A stretch of 64,000 nucleotides of DNA from Felis catus (lineage: Eukaryota): contig NC_058368.1 in assembly GCF_018350175.1 (NCBI RefSeq), positions 37,884,001-37,948,000 on the forward strand, in the 5' to 3' direction. A model generated the notes under the pieces. That model searched no databases and had not been told where the DNA came from. It saw only the letters and a program-made list of their open reading frames with translations. Below, piece by piece: positions 1 to 13,691 of this stretch. How positions within the stretch are numbered: the stretch's first letter is position 1; each line of letters starts with the position of its first letter. The position numbers were made by a program, and so were the translations under genes.

Positions 1-1934
1 ACAAGAAGTAAGTTACATTTAGACTAACATATCTGATCCATTGGGTGGAACAGCCAGAAAGAGTGAAAGAGGTTACCTGAAGTATTAGAATCAATTCACA
101 AAAGAAATAAGGTACCAAGCATGAATTTTATCATTATTTAAAATACCGCTTCTTCCCCAAATAACAATATATTTTTTTCTCAAGTAGGACTACAGATGAG
201 TGATCGATAGGTATGAAGTTCATAGTTCTAACTTGGACTATTTCCATTGGGCAACTTTGGTATAAACAAACTGGCTGTGTAGAAAACCAAAAGCAAAACC
301 TTTGTATTGCTTTTATTGAATGAAACTGCTTCAAGTTCCAAACATATGCCTACTGCTCTGAAAAGGTTAACTCAGCCAGTGGATATAGTATCTTATTTCT
401 TTTCTTCCCTTTTTCACTCTATGGATTTATTAAGAGTATTATCGATGGCTTTCTCAGGATAAGTTCACTTTACAAAATGGCTTAATATTTGTCCCTTTGG
501 TTCATGACTATGAGGCTAAGCAGGGATAGAGATAGACCTATTATTCACATATTTTTAAAACCCTGAAATTTGAAGTTTAGGACGAATGAGCTCATATGTT
601 CCCTGGCTTATATAATTCTTTTTTGTGGAATGCTTGATATTCTGCCTGAGAATGGTAAGTTCATAAATGGCCATGCTGTTAGAACGGGAAAACGTCAAGT
701 TTATACTGTCAAGGTTAAGGGAAGTGAATTCCTTTTCCTTACTTTAGGTCTTAAGCTTCTTAAACAAGCTTTTAATTTGAGTTTCTTACAAAAGATTATC
801 TGAGCTACTGGGAATTCTTTCTAAAAGACTTACTTATGTACTCAATTAGTGAAGAAGAGTTCTGTCATCTTTCTGGCTTATAGTTCAATGAGGCTGTCTT
901 TATGCTGGCTTTGTTTTCATAAATGCCAACCCAGGTTAAAATAACATTTAAAAGCACATTTGTTAATGACATTCACTATTTCCATTTCCATTTCAATAGT
1001 GCTAGACAATTATGACACGATTTAGTTATTTCTTTCAAATATTAACATTTCACAACGCTTGAATGCTTGTCCCATCTAAAGCTTCAAATTTAGTTTAAAA
1101 ATGTTTGTAATGCAATTGCACTTAGACGTTTAAAATCCCACTATCATAAACAAAACCATTAGCTCCACTTTAAATGACAAGAAGAGATGGACTTTAACAT
1201 GCTCTTTCAAACCATGTCCTTCTAATATGAACAAAAAATTTAAGACAGAGATATGCTACTAAATAAATTTTATATTCTTTTATCAAGGGACTTCTTGTTC
1301 TTCTTTCCTCGTAAGTATGGAGGAATCTGCTTCACGGAGACAGGTGGAAAAATCCAGCTTGCCTCTGAGCACTTCTGAATGACAAGAAAGATGGTTTCTC
1401 TTTACCATCTCTTGGGCAACCTGGATGTCTAATTAAACAAACCAACCAAACTGGCCTTGGTTAGTTCTATGACATAAGAAAACTAATTTGTCTTCAGCAC
1501 ATTTAAACATCTATAACTGCATTTTTCTCCTCTGAACAAAAGAATATTAGAGGAGATGTTCTAAAATGTCAGAGTAAATGTTCACAAGGCAGGAGGCTCC
1601 AACCTGAGAACAGAATACACCTACCTGGAGTGTGAAAACAGACCAAGCACAGAGCAAAACAGTTACTTAACTGTTGAATCCCATCACACATTTGTGACCT
1701 TTCTGTTCTAATAAAACAAATAACTACCTTTTTAGTTTTTAAGTTTTTTGGGGAGTGGGGTGAATGGTTACTAAACACGAAGTGAGGGTGTGTTTGGATA
1801 GCTTTGACTGCTTTTGCTGCTGAGTGGTAAAGATTAGAATAGCTACTATTTGGGTTTAGAGTTGTATAACTTTAAATTTCATTTATATATTTTTTTCCTA
1901 AGTACTGCTCATTCTCTGTATTTAGTATCATTAT

Positions 1935-2065
1935 TTTCTCATACCCCATTTTACCAATAAACAATTCTAAGTGACCTGCTTAGGATCACAGGAGCATTAA
2001 GTAATAGAGTCAGGGCTTAACATAAGGCATTCTGGCTTTAGACCATGTTCACTTTGTAGGCACTA
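1935..2065 (-). mobile_element. MIR SINE remnant
   Basis: cccattttac...aagtgacctgcttaggatcaca...agagtcagggctt resembles the antisense MIR core. Confidence 0.6.
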
Positions 2066-3450
2066 TGTATTTAAGCATCCTTTGGAAGGACTTAGATGTG
2101 TACATTAATTAAAATATTAAAGGCCCAATGCAGAGTGCAGTAGTGGGCTTTGAAATCTTGGACTGGGATAATCTCTTATAATGAGGTTGGTATTATGCTT
2201 TCTCCTATGAGATGCCTTTGATTGTATTTATAATGTATCTTAGAGAAAACTAACAATTCCTCGGGCCCTATTTTATTTAATACCAAGTTACAAATGTTAT
2301 TTCTAATCACACTTTTCTTAGTTAAGTGTTGAGTGTCTATTTTGTAGAAAGAAGTTGAATTATCTATAAGAATTATTTGAAGTTCTTGGAAAATTAAACA
2401 CTCTGTACTGATTACAAGGTATGGATACACCAGGGCATAGTGATTTCAACCACAAGAGGGAACTTTGAGGCCTAAATCAAGTCTCTGGAGGAACATATTG
2501 TAACTTTGGTCCTACTTTATAATTGTCATCAGCCTTTCTTTCTTAACCATACCTCCTGTTTTCTAAAAATAGTGCTAGCTCAACAGAGACCCACATTTGG
2601 GCATACCACCAACAATAAACTCATTTGAGGGCTTTATGGGCATTTATATATCTTTGGTCTGATAATTTTAATAGCCAGGCATCCATTCTTAGCAGAAGAA
2701 AGTAACTATCCAGGGAGAGTCCAGGAATATAAAATATTCCATCTACATAAAATATTCTAGCTAACCATTATGGCAGGAATATAAAACTTTCCGGCCTACT
2801 TTATGAAAATGAAATTAGAGTGCTCTGTGTACCCTCAATGAAATAAGAAATGCTGATTTGTGATGTTCTCAAAGTTAGAGGCATTCCTTTCTCTATCTGA
2901 TTCCCTTGTAAGAAAGAATAATTGGTGTATTCCGAATTAAGGCTTTTCTTTGAAGTGAGTTTCTATGGATCCCAGCCAAATATATCAGCATATTTAGGAA
3001 ATCAGGCTGCAGAAACCTCTCTGAGTATCTCAAATGTGTCTTGGGGGTAGGTCTAAGATAAAACTATCAAGACTTCAGAAATTCCCCATTTTTTACCCAG
3101 AAGCGAAGCATCACGTCAAATATACCATAGACATCTTACACTACTTAAGATTAGAATAAAGGACTGCTACAGATGTCTGTATCCCCGTCTCTAAAAGCAA
3201 TCTTGCTTCCAAAGCTTGTTCTCTAAAAGTGATATGGTAATTGAAAGTAAACCTTGGCAGAATATGATATATTCCTATCCCTCTGAGTGTTCATCTGTAG
3301 CTCTTTCTATAGGGTCTCAAAGTACATTCTGTGTCAGTGCTAGTGAAATAGAATCAATATTGAAATTCGAAACTTTGGAAATTAACCATTCCAGGACATA
3401 GGAAAAACCACTGCCTGATTGGTTGCTAGATTAAATTTATTAATTAAGAT

Positions 3451-3672
3451 GGGGCGCCTGGGTGGCGCAGTCGGTTAAGTGTCTGACTTCAGCCAGGTCA
3501 CGATCTCGCAGTCCGTGAGTTCGAGCCCCGCGTCAGGCTCTGGGCTGATGGCTCAGAGCCTGGAGCCTGTTTCCGATTCTGTGTCTCCCTCTCTCTCTGC
3601 CCCTCCCCTGTTCATGCTCTGTCTCTCTCTGTCCCAAAAATAAATAAACATTGAAAAAAAAAATAAAAAAAA
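3451..3672 (+). mobile_element. CanSINE (young felid SINEC_Fc type)
   Basis: ggggcgcctgggtggcgcagtcggttaag tRNA-like head, CT tract, aataaa and A tail. Confidence 0.97.
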
Positions 3673-4883
3673 TTATTAAGAGTGTTCAATAAAATTCAAT
3701 ATGTTTTAACTTATTCATAGGAAAAGTAAATGTCTACATGTTGAGAATATCTGTTTATTCCTACTCCTTTTTCCCACATTTTTTATTCACACCCTTAACA
3801 CCTACAATACAATCCATTCCTAAATATGAGAAATAACCAAGTACTTCCATTTGGTCCTCCATGTATTTTTATTGCTTTTATTTCTATATCTATAAACATA
3901 TGTGTGGACAAGTGTAAGTGTTTATAATTATATTCTGCATGTTTCCTGTTTCTTTAAACCCACTCAAAATATTCACCATATTTTTACAACAAAACCTACA
4001 TAATTTTCTTAAACCTTTGAGTTAACGAAAGTTTGTAAATGAACCTCCTACCTTTCCACACACTATTTGGCATTTTCATTTTCTGTCTCACCTAAATCCC
4101 TGTTAAAATCTTTAATTTTTCTTTTCCTGAGTATACAGTTATCATGCCTATTCAGCTTATATCTTTGTTGTTTTCAAATCATTGCTCAAATGCTTGACGT
4201 GGATTCTTTCAACACATATTACTCCCAATAAAAATAAATGTAGAATAAATAAGTGTGTCTTGAGATTTGTGTTCCCTACCATCCCACTGGAAAACCAGAA
4301 TTTAGGCTGCCTAAACCAGCCTAAATGAGCACAGATTAGGTCATAGATATAATTACTAAAATATCCAAAATGAAAGAGGAAGTAAGTGAAAGGAATTGCT
4401 ACTTTAAGTAAAAACATTAATCAGCTATAGGAAAAAAAATTCTAAGAAAATAACAGTAGTTGAGATCCAGAACTCAGGAAAAAAAAAAACACTATACTAA
4501 AATAATAACTTCAAAGCATTCTATTTACCATCTATCATCTTAATTGTTTTCTTACTAAGATATTTTATTGCTGATTATTCTAGATGATTTTCAGTATGAG
4601 CATATGGTCCATGTCATAATTAAAGTCAAGAAACATTAAGATCTGTTAAAAATAATTATATGCCAGCTAACTTACATGGCATTTGCTTTTTTGTTAAATA
4701 CAGGATTCTCATTGGAATTTACTTAAATGTGTTTGTTTAAAAAAAGAATATATTTTGTTTCTGCTATGTTTCTTTCAGTTCTTATGGTATTTGAAGATTT
4801 CCCTTCTTTTCTTAAGTCCTAATAAAATAGTTTCAATGGAAAAATTCATTTTTCTCTCTGTCTCTATACATGAGGTGTACTCA

Positions 4884-5016
4884 TACATAAACTTACTGTA
4901 TATACACAAAGCACACACACATATGTATATATATATATGCACATACACATATATATCCACATCCATATGCATATATATATGCATATATATGTATGTGCAT
5001 ATATATATATATATGC
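4884..5016. repeat. (TA)n/(CATA)n compound microsatellite
   Basis: direct reading. Confidence 0.9.
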
Positions 5017-5081
5017 ATCTGAAAAAATAAGTTTTAATATTACTACTTTAGGAAATGTCTATATTTTTACTTGATCTTTTT

Positions 5082-5495
5082 AAATTTTATTTTTTAAAAT
5101 TTACATCCAAGTTAGTTAGCATAGAGTGCAACAATGATTCTAGGAATGGATTCCTTAATGCCCCTTACCCATTTAGCCTATCTCCCCTCCCACAACCCCG
5201 CCAGTAACCCTCTGTTTGTTCTCCATATTTAAGAGTTTCTTATGTTTTGTCCCCCTCCCTGTTTTTATATTATTTTTGGTTCCCTTCCCTTGTGTTCATC
5301 TGTTCTGTGTCTTAAAGTCCTCATATGAGTGAAGTCATATTGATACTTGCCTTTCTCTAACTGACTAATTTCACTTAGCATAATACCCTCTAGTACCATC
5401 CATGTACTTGCAAATGGCAAGATTTCATTCTTTTTGATTGCCAAGTAATACTCCATTATGTGTGTGTGTGTGTGCACGTGTGTATGTATGTATGT

Positions 5496-5533
<38 letters not shown>

Positions 5534-6545
5534 CTCCCACATCTTCTTTATCCATTTATCCATCGATGGGCATTTGGGTGCTTTGAAATAGCATACCCTT
5601 CGAAACAGCATACCCGTATCCCTTGGATAAATACCTAGTAGTATAATTGCTAGGTCGTAAGGTAGTTCTATTTTTAATTTTTTAAGGAACCTCCATACTG
5701 TTTTCCAGAGTGGCTGCACCAGTTTGCATTCTCACCAGCAGTGCAAAAGAGATCCCCTTTCTCTGCATCCTCGCTAACATCTGTTTTTGCTTGAGTTGTT
5801 AATGTTAGCCATTCTGACAGGTGTAAGGTGGCATCTCATTGTGGTTTTGATTTGTATTTCCCTGATGATGAGTGATGTGGAGCAGTTTTTCATGTGTCAG
5901 TTGGGCATCTGGATGTCTTCTTTGGAGAAGTGTCTATTTACATCTTTTCCCATTTCTTCACTGGATTATTTGCTTTTTGGGTGTTGAGTTTGATAAGTTC
6001 TTTACAGACTTTGAATACCAACCCTTTATCTGATATGCTGTTTACAAAGATCTTCCATTCGATCGGTTGCCTTTTAGTTTTGCTGATTGTTTCCTTCGCT
6101 GTGCAGAAGCTTTTTATTTTGATGAGGTCCCAATAAGTCATTTTTGCTTTTGTTTCCCTTGCCTCTGGAGACGTGTTGAGTAAGAAGTTGCTGCGGGCAA
6201 GATCAAAGAGGTTTTTGCCTGCTTTCTCCTCAAGGATTTTGATGGCTTCCTGTCTTACATTGAGGTCTTTCATCCATTTTGAGTTTATTTTTGTGTATGA
6301 TGTGAAAAGTGGTCCAGGTTCATTTTTTCTGTAGGTTGCTGCCCATTTTTCCCAGCACCATTTGCTGAAGAGACTGTCTTTATTCCATTGGATATTCTTT
6401 CCTGCTTTGTCAAAGATTAGTTAGCCATACATTTGTGGGTCCATTTCTGGGTTCTCTATTCTGTTCCATTGATCTGAGTGTCTGTTTTTGTGTCAGTACC
6501 ATACTGTCTTGATGATTACAACTTTGTGATACAGCTTGAAGTCTG
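5082..6545 (-). mobile_element. 5'-truncated felid/carnivore LINE-1 (ORF2 C-terminus + 3' UTR), degraded
   Basis: ORF2 C-terminal peptides ([67 protein letters not shown]); TSD tacttgat(c/t)tttt at ~5068 and ~6546. Confidence 0.95.
5458..5532. repeat. (TG)n microsatellite inside the L1
   Basis: direct reading. Confidence 0.95.
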
Positions 6546-6746
6546 TACTTGATTTTTTTTAATCCTATAAGAAAAGCACCTTCTAGGGGATATCATTATA
6601 TATGCTTTATATTTATTGAGGTTGATTTTTCTATTATCTGGAATAGCAATAATAAAGAAGCAGGGCATTGAAAAGGAGAAACCTATAAGCAAAATTGATA
6701 TTTTAAACTCTTTTTTGTGTATCTAAATTACCTATGCAGTCTTTAC

Positions 6747-6946
6747 TTTTTTTTTTAAATGTTCATTTACTTTAGAGAAAGAGACAGAGAGTGAGTGGGG
6801 GAGGGGAAAGAGAGAGGGAGACACAGAATATGAAGCAGGCTCCAGGCTCTGGAAGCTGTCAGCACAGAGCCTGACTCTTTAGAACCATGAGATCATGACC
6901 TAAGCTGAACTCAGATGCTTAACCTGCTGAACCACCCAGGTGTCCC
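6747..6946 (-). mobile_element. CanSINE
   Basis: antisense SINE body; TSD cagtctttac. Confidence 0.95.
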
Positions 6947-7830
6947 TACAGTCTTTACGATTGGGATATTTCTATTGTGCTTAAGTAGAAAGTTATTTCT
7001 TGAGTCATTTACTATATTATATTAAATAAACATTAATTAAAAAATCTAATAGGTTTACAATATACTAGATTAAACTTGAATATAGTTATTATATTCAACA
7101 TAAACTTGAATATAGTTTTTCTCAGCCTAAACCCATAACTGCTGCTTTATCCATTTCTAGTTACTCTCTTCTGGTTATTTGTAAATTTGTGCCATGTTAT
7201 TAGCCTTCTAGAATGCTAATAATTTTACTGTCAAAATGAGTGATTCTGACAATTTAAATGAGTTTTCCATAAATTAAAGTATGTAAAGAGAATAGAAACA
7301 AGTGATCACGTTGTGTCTTAAACTGTAGATGAATTTGACAACAATCTTTCAGTGTGAGCATTCAGAAACCTAGTAAAAAATGCCATCAATTTTGATGCAA
7401 ATTATTCTCAGCCATCTTGGTGATGTGGTAAGTGTAGAGCAGATGATTAATCATGCTAAATAAAAGGATATGTTTTGATGTTAAAAAATAATTTTTACTT
7501 TTACTTTTGTGAACTATTAGGTTTACATTTTTATCTAGCTCCAGATCTTGAGGATCATGAATGGCAGGTTAAGGCATTTAGCATTTTTCGGTGTTACACG
7601 CTAATTATCAAAATAGTATAAACACCTAAACCTGGATAGACAATTCAAGATCTCTCTACCACATTATCTAGTGATCTTCGACTCTAAGTTCTCTCAGACT
7701 CATGAATTAAGGTAGAGGTCAAATTTAATTTTGTAAATTTCTTTGTCTACAATTTTATGATGGTGATAAATATGTCTCTAAAATATTGGGATATGGTAAT
7801 TTTCTGAATTACAATAAGAAGGGTACCCTG

Positions 7831-8050
7831 GGGGCGCCTGGGTGGCGCAGTCGGTTAAGCCCTCCGACTTCAGCCAGGTCACGATCTCACGGTCCGTGGG
7901 TTTGAGCCCCGCGTCAGGCTCTGGGCTGATGGCTCGGAGCCTGGAGCCTGTTTCCGATTCTGTGTCTCCCTCTCTCTCTGCCCCTCCCCCGTTCATGCTC
8001 TGTCTCTCTCTGTCCCAAAAATAAATAAAAACGTTGAAAAAAAAAAAAAA
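7831..8050 (+). mobile_element. CanSINE (young SINEC_Fc type)
   Basis: CpG-rich head; TSD aagaagggtac(c/t)ctg. Confidence 0.97.
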
Positions 8051-8319
8051 AGAAGGGTACTCTGTTGCAGATGCCTGAGAATTGTATCAAGGCACGTAGC
8101 CAAAATGTCTTTCTGTGTACTTGAAATTTCTTTACATCCTATTACTTAAGTTGAAAAATACATGTCAATACCATATTCTATTAATAGTGCATCCTTGTTT
8201 TATGTTAATATAAAGTAATTTTTACAGTTAAAAGAACCTAAAATTAAAATATTGCACAGAAATCTTGGATTATAATCTATGATCCAAGATGATTTGCAAG
8301 AAATATTCTGTCATTTTAT

Positions 8320-8540
8320 TTATTTGTTTTTAAGTTTTATTTATTTATTTTGAAGAGACAAAGACTGCATGAGTGGGGGAGGGACAGAGAGAGAAGGAGA
8401 GAGAGAGAGAATCCCAGGCAGGCTCCACGCTATCAGCACAGAGCACAACACAGGGCTCATACTCATGAAACCATGAGATCATAACTTGAGCCGAAACTAA
8501 GAGTCAGACACTTAACTAACTGAACCACCCAGGCACCCCT
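8320..8540 (-). mobile_element. CanSINE (older type)
   Basis: antisense body; TSD attctgtcatttta. Confidence 0.93.
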
Positions 8541-10315
8541 GGAGACATTCTGTCATTTTAAACATCACCTGGCTCATCATCAGTTATCAAATTAAATAGT
8601 AAGACTCTAGTATCAATTAATAGCCATCTAAATGGCTAGTTTTCCTCAAACACTTTTTATAAGATTTTTAAAAACACAGTGTCTAATTGATCCCCAACTA
8701 AATCTTTTTATTCTTTCTAACATTGTAAACTATTTCTGACATCTTGCCAACAACTGGGTGGGTCACTGTTGTATTACATGTTACTAAAGACAATAGTTAA
8801 GACACAATTTTGGAACTTTTAAGAATTTAAAGAGGAGAAATGATCCCTTCTCTCTTGTGATGTATAAACAATAACAAAAGAAAACAAAAATGGTGAATGA
8901 TTAAAGAACAATGAAGATAAGATACGAGACAATGGAATGCATATCAGTTCTTACTAATTATATATGTATCATCTACAGATTTTTGTGTTAATGAAAGTTT
9001 GCATTTATCTGGGATAAATAATTGTTAGCAGGATTGCTGGGCATTATGAAATTACAGGCATGCCTTTTTTATGGGCCTCGCTTTACTGTGCTTTGCAGAT
9101 GCTGCATTTTTTAAAAATTGAAGGTTTGTGGCAACCCTGCATCGAGCAAGCCTATCAGCGCCATTTTTCCAACTGCATTGTCTCCCTTCATGTCTTTCTG
9201 TTATACTTTGGTAATTCTCACAATATTTCAAAGTCTTTCATTACTATTATATCTGTGATGGTGATCTCTGATCAGTGATCCTTGATGTTACTATTGCATT
9301 TGTTTTGGGACTCCATGAGTCCCTGTATGAGACAGCAGACTTAATCAAATATCGTGTGTGTTCTGTCTGTTCCACCAACCAGCCATTCCCACATCTTTTT
9401 CTTTCTCCTCAAGCCTCCCTATTCCCTGAGACACAGCGATATTGAAATTATGCCAGTTAATACCCTTACAATGGCCTTGAAATCCTCGAGTGAGAGTCAC
9501 ACGTCTCTCACTATAAACCAAAAGCTAGAAATGATTAAGTTTAATAAAGCGGCATCCCAAAATCTGAGAAAGGCCAACAGCTAGGCTTTTTGCAACAGTT
9601 AGCCAAAGTTGTAAATGCAAATAAACAGCTCTTAAAGGAAATTAAAAGTGCTACTGCACGGAACACACAAATGATGAGTGTGACACAGCCTTATTGCTGA
9701 TATGGACCAAGTTTTAGTGATCTGGATGGAAGGTCAAAGCAGCCACAGCATTTTCTAAAGTCAAGCCTAATCCAGAGTATGTCTCTTTAATTCTGTGAAG
9801 CTGAGAGAGGTGAGGCAGCTGCAGAAGAGTTTGACTATTTGAAAGTTCATGAGATTTACAGAAAGAAGATGTCTGTCTCCATAACATACAAATGCAAGGT
9901 GAACCAGCAAGTGCTGATGTACAAACTACGGGAAGTGATCCAGAACATCTAATTAAGATCATCAATGAAGGTGGCTACACTAAACAACATGTTCAGTGTA
10001 AATAAAATGGCCTTTTACTGGAAGAAGATGCCACCTAGTGATTTAATAGCTAGAGAGGAGAAGTCAATGCCTGTCTTCAAAGCTTCAAAGGACAGCACCT
10101 CATGTAGCTGGTAACTTTAAGTTGAAGCCAGTGCTCATCCACCATTCCAGAATTCCTAGTGCCCTCAAGATATATGCTAAATCTACTATGCTTGTCCTCT
10201 GTAAATTGAACAACAAAGTACATCTGTTACAACATGGCTTACTGAATATTTTAACCCCACAGTTGAGAACTACTACTCAGGGAAAAAAAAATTTCTTTCA
10301 AAATATTACTGTTCT

Positions 10316-10521
10316 GGGGTGCCTGGGTGGCTCAGTCGGTTGAGCGTCTGACTTTGGCTCAGGTCATGATGTCACGGTTCGTGGGTTCAAGCCCCGCGTC
10401 AGGCTCTGTGCTCTCAGTTCAGAGCCTGGAGCCTGCTTCAGATTCTGTGTCTCCCTCTCTCTCTGCCCCTCCCCTGATCACTCTCTCTCTCTCAAAATAA
10501 ATAAAGATTAAAAAAATTAAA
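10316..10521 (+). mobile_element. CanSINE inserted in Tigger1
   Basis: head/CT/A tail; TSD aaa(t)tattactg. Confidence 0.96.
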
Positions 10522-11271
10522 AAATTATTACTGCCCGTTGACAATGCACCTCATCACCCAAGAGCTCTGAGGAAGATGTACGATGAGACAAATATTTCCC
10601 TGGTTGCTAACAAAACATCCATTCTGTAGCCCATGTGTAGCCCAAGGACTAATTTTGACTTTGATTTTTATTATTTAAGAAATACATTTTGTAAGATCGT
10701 AGAGAGTGTCTGGAAAGTGATTCCTGTAGTAGATTTGATCTGGGTGTAGCAAATGGAAAACCTTCTAGGAAGTGTTCACCATTCTAGATGTCTTTGAGAA
10801 CATTCACTATTCCTGAAAAGAGATCAAAATATCAGTGTGAACAGTTTGGAAGAAATTCCAGCTCTCATGGATGACTTTAAGGGCTTCAAAACTTCAGTGG
10901 AGGAAGTAATGCAGATATGATGGAAAGAGCAAGAGAACTAGAATTAGAGGTAGAACCTGAAGATGAATTGCTACAATTTCATGATAAAACTTGAATGGAT
11001 GGAGAGTTGCTTCTAATGGATGAGCTAAGAAAGTGATTTCTTGAGATGGAATCTACTCCTGGTAAAGATGCTGTGAAGATCATTGAAATAATAACAAAGG
11101 AGTTAGGATATTATATAAATTTAGTTAATAAAGCTGTAGTAGGGTTTGAGAGGATTGTCTCGAATTTTGAAGGTTCTCCTGTGAGTAAAATTCTACTAAA
11201 CAGCATCACATGCTACAGAGACATTGTTTGTGAAAGGAAGAGTCAATCAATGTGCAAACTTTTATATTATT

Positions 11272-11502
11272 TTTTTTTATTTAAAAAAAAATTTTTTTTA
11301 ACGTTTATTTATTTTTGAGACAGAGAGAGACAGAGCATTGAACGGGGGAGGGACAGAGAGAGAGGGAGACACAGAATTGGAAGCAGGCTCCAGGCTCTGA
11401 GCCATCAGCCCAGAGCCCAACGCAGGGCTCGAACTCCCGGACCGCGAGATCATGACCTGGCTGAAGTCGGACGCCTAACCGACTGAGCCACCCAGGCGCC
11501 CC
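11272..11502 (-). mobile_element. CanSINE (young SINEC_Fc type) inserted in Tigger1
   Basis: antisense body; TSD ttttatattatttt. Confidence 0.96.
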
Positions 11503-13013
11503 AAATTTTATATTATTTTAACAAATTCCCACAGCCATCCCAGCTTTCATCAACCACCCCCCCGATCCGTTGCCAGTTCTCAACAACAAGGCAAGACCCT
11601 CTATCAGCCAAAAGATTGTAACTCACTGAGAGCTCAGATGATGGTTAGCTTTTTTTACCAGTAAAGTATTCTTTAATTAAGGTATATGCATTGCTTTTTA
11701 GACATAATACTCTTGCACGCTTAATAGAATGAAGTATAGTTAAACATAACTTTTTTTTATGCTCTGGGGAACCGAAAGAATTTATTTGACTCCCTCATTG
11801 CAATATTCGCTTTATTGCAGTGTCTGGAACAAAATTCCTGATGTCTCTGAGGTATGCCTGCATATATTTGACTTTATTTGAAATTATAAATGTTTTCTAT
11901 AGTGCCATTTTCAATTCCCCACCTTCCTTCAAAAATTATAGCAGTTAGAAATGCATTTACTGTGTATCCATGTCAGAACTTGATATTTTCAGTTTTGTTT
12001 TTTAGTGTTTTTTTCATTTAATTCATATATGGTAGTTTTAATTTGCATTTACCTAATGGTTAGTAATATTGAGCATCTCTTGATGTGTTTATTTGCCATC
12101 TCTTCACACCCTTTTGGTAAAATATCTGCTCAGAGTATCTGTACATTCAATTTTTATTTGTATATTCATCCTGTATCCTGAAATATTATTAAACTTACCT
12201 CTTAGTGCTAGAAGCATTTCATGTCTTCTTTTTCTTTTACTACACCAGCAAGGACGTCAAGTATGATGTTCAACAGTAGTGGTAGGTAGTACAGGACTTC
12301 CTTGCCTTGTTTCTGATCTTAAGGGGAAAATTTTTAAATTGCTTTGTAAAATATTAGCTGTGGGGTTTCTTTTTGTGTGTGGATACTCTTTATCACGTGG
12401 AGGCAGTTCCCTTGTATAACTAGTTTGCTGAAAGTTTTTACCAGGAGTAAATGATAAATTTTACCAAACTCAGAGATGAGCTGCTGTTTCCCAAAGTAAG
12501 TATCAAGTCTCTGAGTCACTCTTGCCACCCATGTGCTATCTCGGGACAAATCACTCTGTGAGGGGTAATTTCTCGTATCCAACTAATGAGGTCCATCTCA
12601 CAGTAGTTAGCCCTGCATGCATTGACTGGAGAGGGTGATTCTAGAAGGGATGCAAAGCAATACTTGAATGCATATGTATCTTCAGCTTAGATACCTTTTC
12701 TGAGTTTGAGAATCATATTTTCAAGAGGTTAAAAGGTATTTTTGGAATATTTAAAAGATAAATTAAATTTTAAAGCTAAGTCAGTAACAATGTATTATTT
12801 CACCCTTACTGAACTCCTTTGTTTGTATTCAACATCTCAGTCAAGGTCATCCCAGTCTACTCAGCCTGATGGGTTTAGAAACCGTGCCATCCCCTAGTAT
12901 AATTTGTAACCAGGTTTTATCTGTCTCCGATTCAAGAACCATTAAACAGTGTACCATGAGTTTTATATCTAGATCTACCTTTGTCTCTTTGTTTTTCAAC
13001 TTGCTATAATCTC

Positions 13014-13226
13014 TTTTTACATATATATACTTTATTTATTTTGAGAGAGACCGAGAGAGTGCAAGTAGGGAAGATGCAGAGAGAGGGGGAGAGAGAGAAT
13101 CCTAAGCAGGCTCTGCACTGTCAGCACAGAGACCAACACAGGGTTCAAACCCACGAAACTGTGAGATCATGACCTGAGCAGAAATCAAGAATCGGACACT
13201 CAACCAACTGAGCCACCCAGGCATGC
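13014..13226 (-). mobile_element. CanSINE (older type)
   Basis: antisense body ending gagccacccaggcatgc. Confidence 0.92.
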
Positions 13227-13691
13227 TGTCTACTTCATATAATCTTTACCTCCAAATTTCTTAACTTTACAATCCACCAAGTATTTCTCTCTAAGAACTG
13301 TTGGAATTCTATTATAGTATTTAAAATGATTAATCATTCCTCCTTGACTAACATGCAGTGTCCAAGATCTTCCATATTATGCTACTTTTGTTAAAATATT
13401 TCTTCAGTTACCCTTTTGAGCCTCCGCTCATCACGACTCTGGCTACCTTCCAGTTAAAAAGAACCCTTGCCTGTTTTTAGATGTGCTGCGTGCTCTGTTG
13501 TCTCAGTGCTTTTGAAAAATTGTTTCCTCCTTTTCTGATTCCTATATTCCTACTCAGTTTTCAAGATCTAGCCTGAATGCCCTCTTCTCAGCTAGGAGTG
13601 TAATGACTTTCTCAGAGAAAATCTATTCATCTTCTATTGTGTGAGGAGGATTTTTTTTACCCACATTTACTGAAGTATTTCACGTGTTATG

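Larger units (their letters stand above)
9055..11860 (+). mobile_element. Near-full-length Tigger1 (TcMar-Tigger/pogo) DNA transposon with a disrupted transposase
   Basis: TA then CAGGCATGCCT at the left end and AGGTATGCCTG at the right end (terminal inverted repeats); transposase-like N-terminus MALKSSSESHTSLTINQKLEMIK from 9471; many stops and frameshifts; two SINE insertions. Confidence 0.93.
8985..12470 (-). mobile_element. Old L1 (L1M-type) fragments, split by the Tigger1 insertion
   Basis: ctgggataaata...ggattgctggg left of Tigger1 continues on the right as tttaatttgcattt..aatattgagcatct and cttgccttgtttctgatcttaagggga (antisense L1 ORF2/3' motifs). Confidence 0.7.

Noticed and set aside
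5265..6273. ORFs with real protein similarity (L1 ORF2 C-terminus)
   Set aside because: Fragments of a 5'-truncated, frameshifted L1; not a functional CDS.
9354..11318. Possible domesticated TIGD/CENP-B-like gene
   Set aside because: The transposase frame is broken by many stops and frameshifts and by a SINE insertion at 10316.
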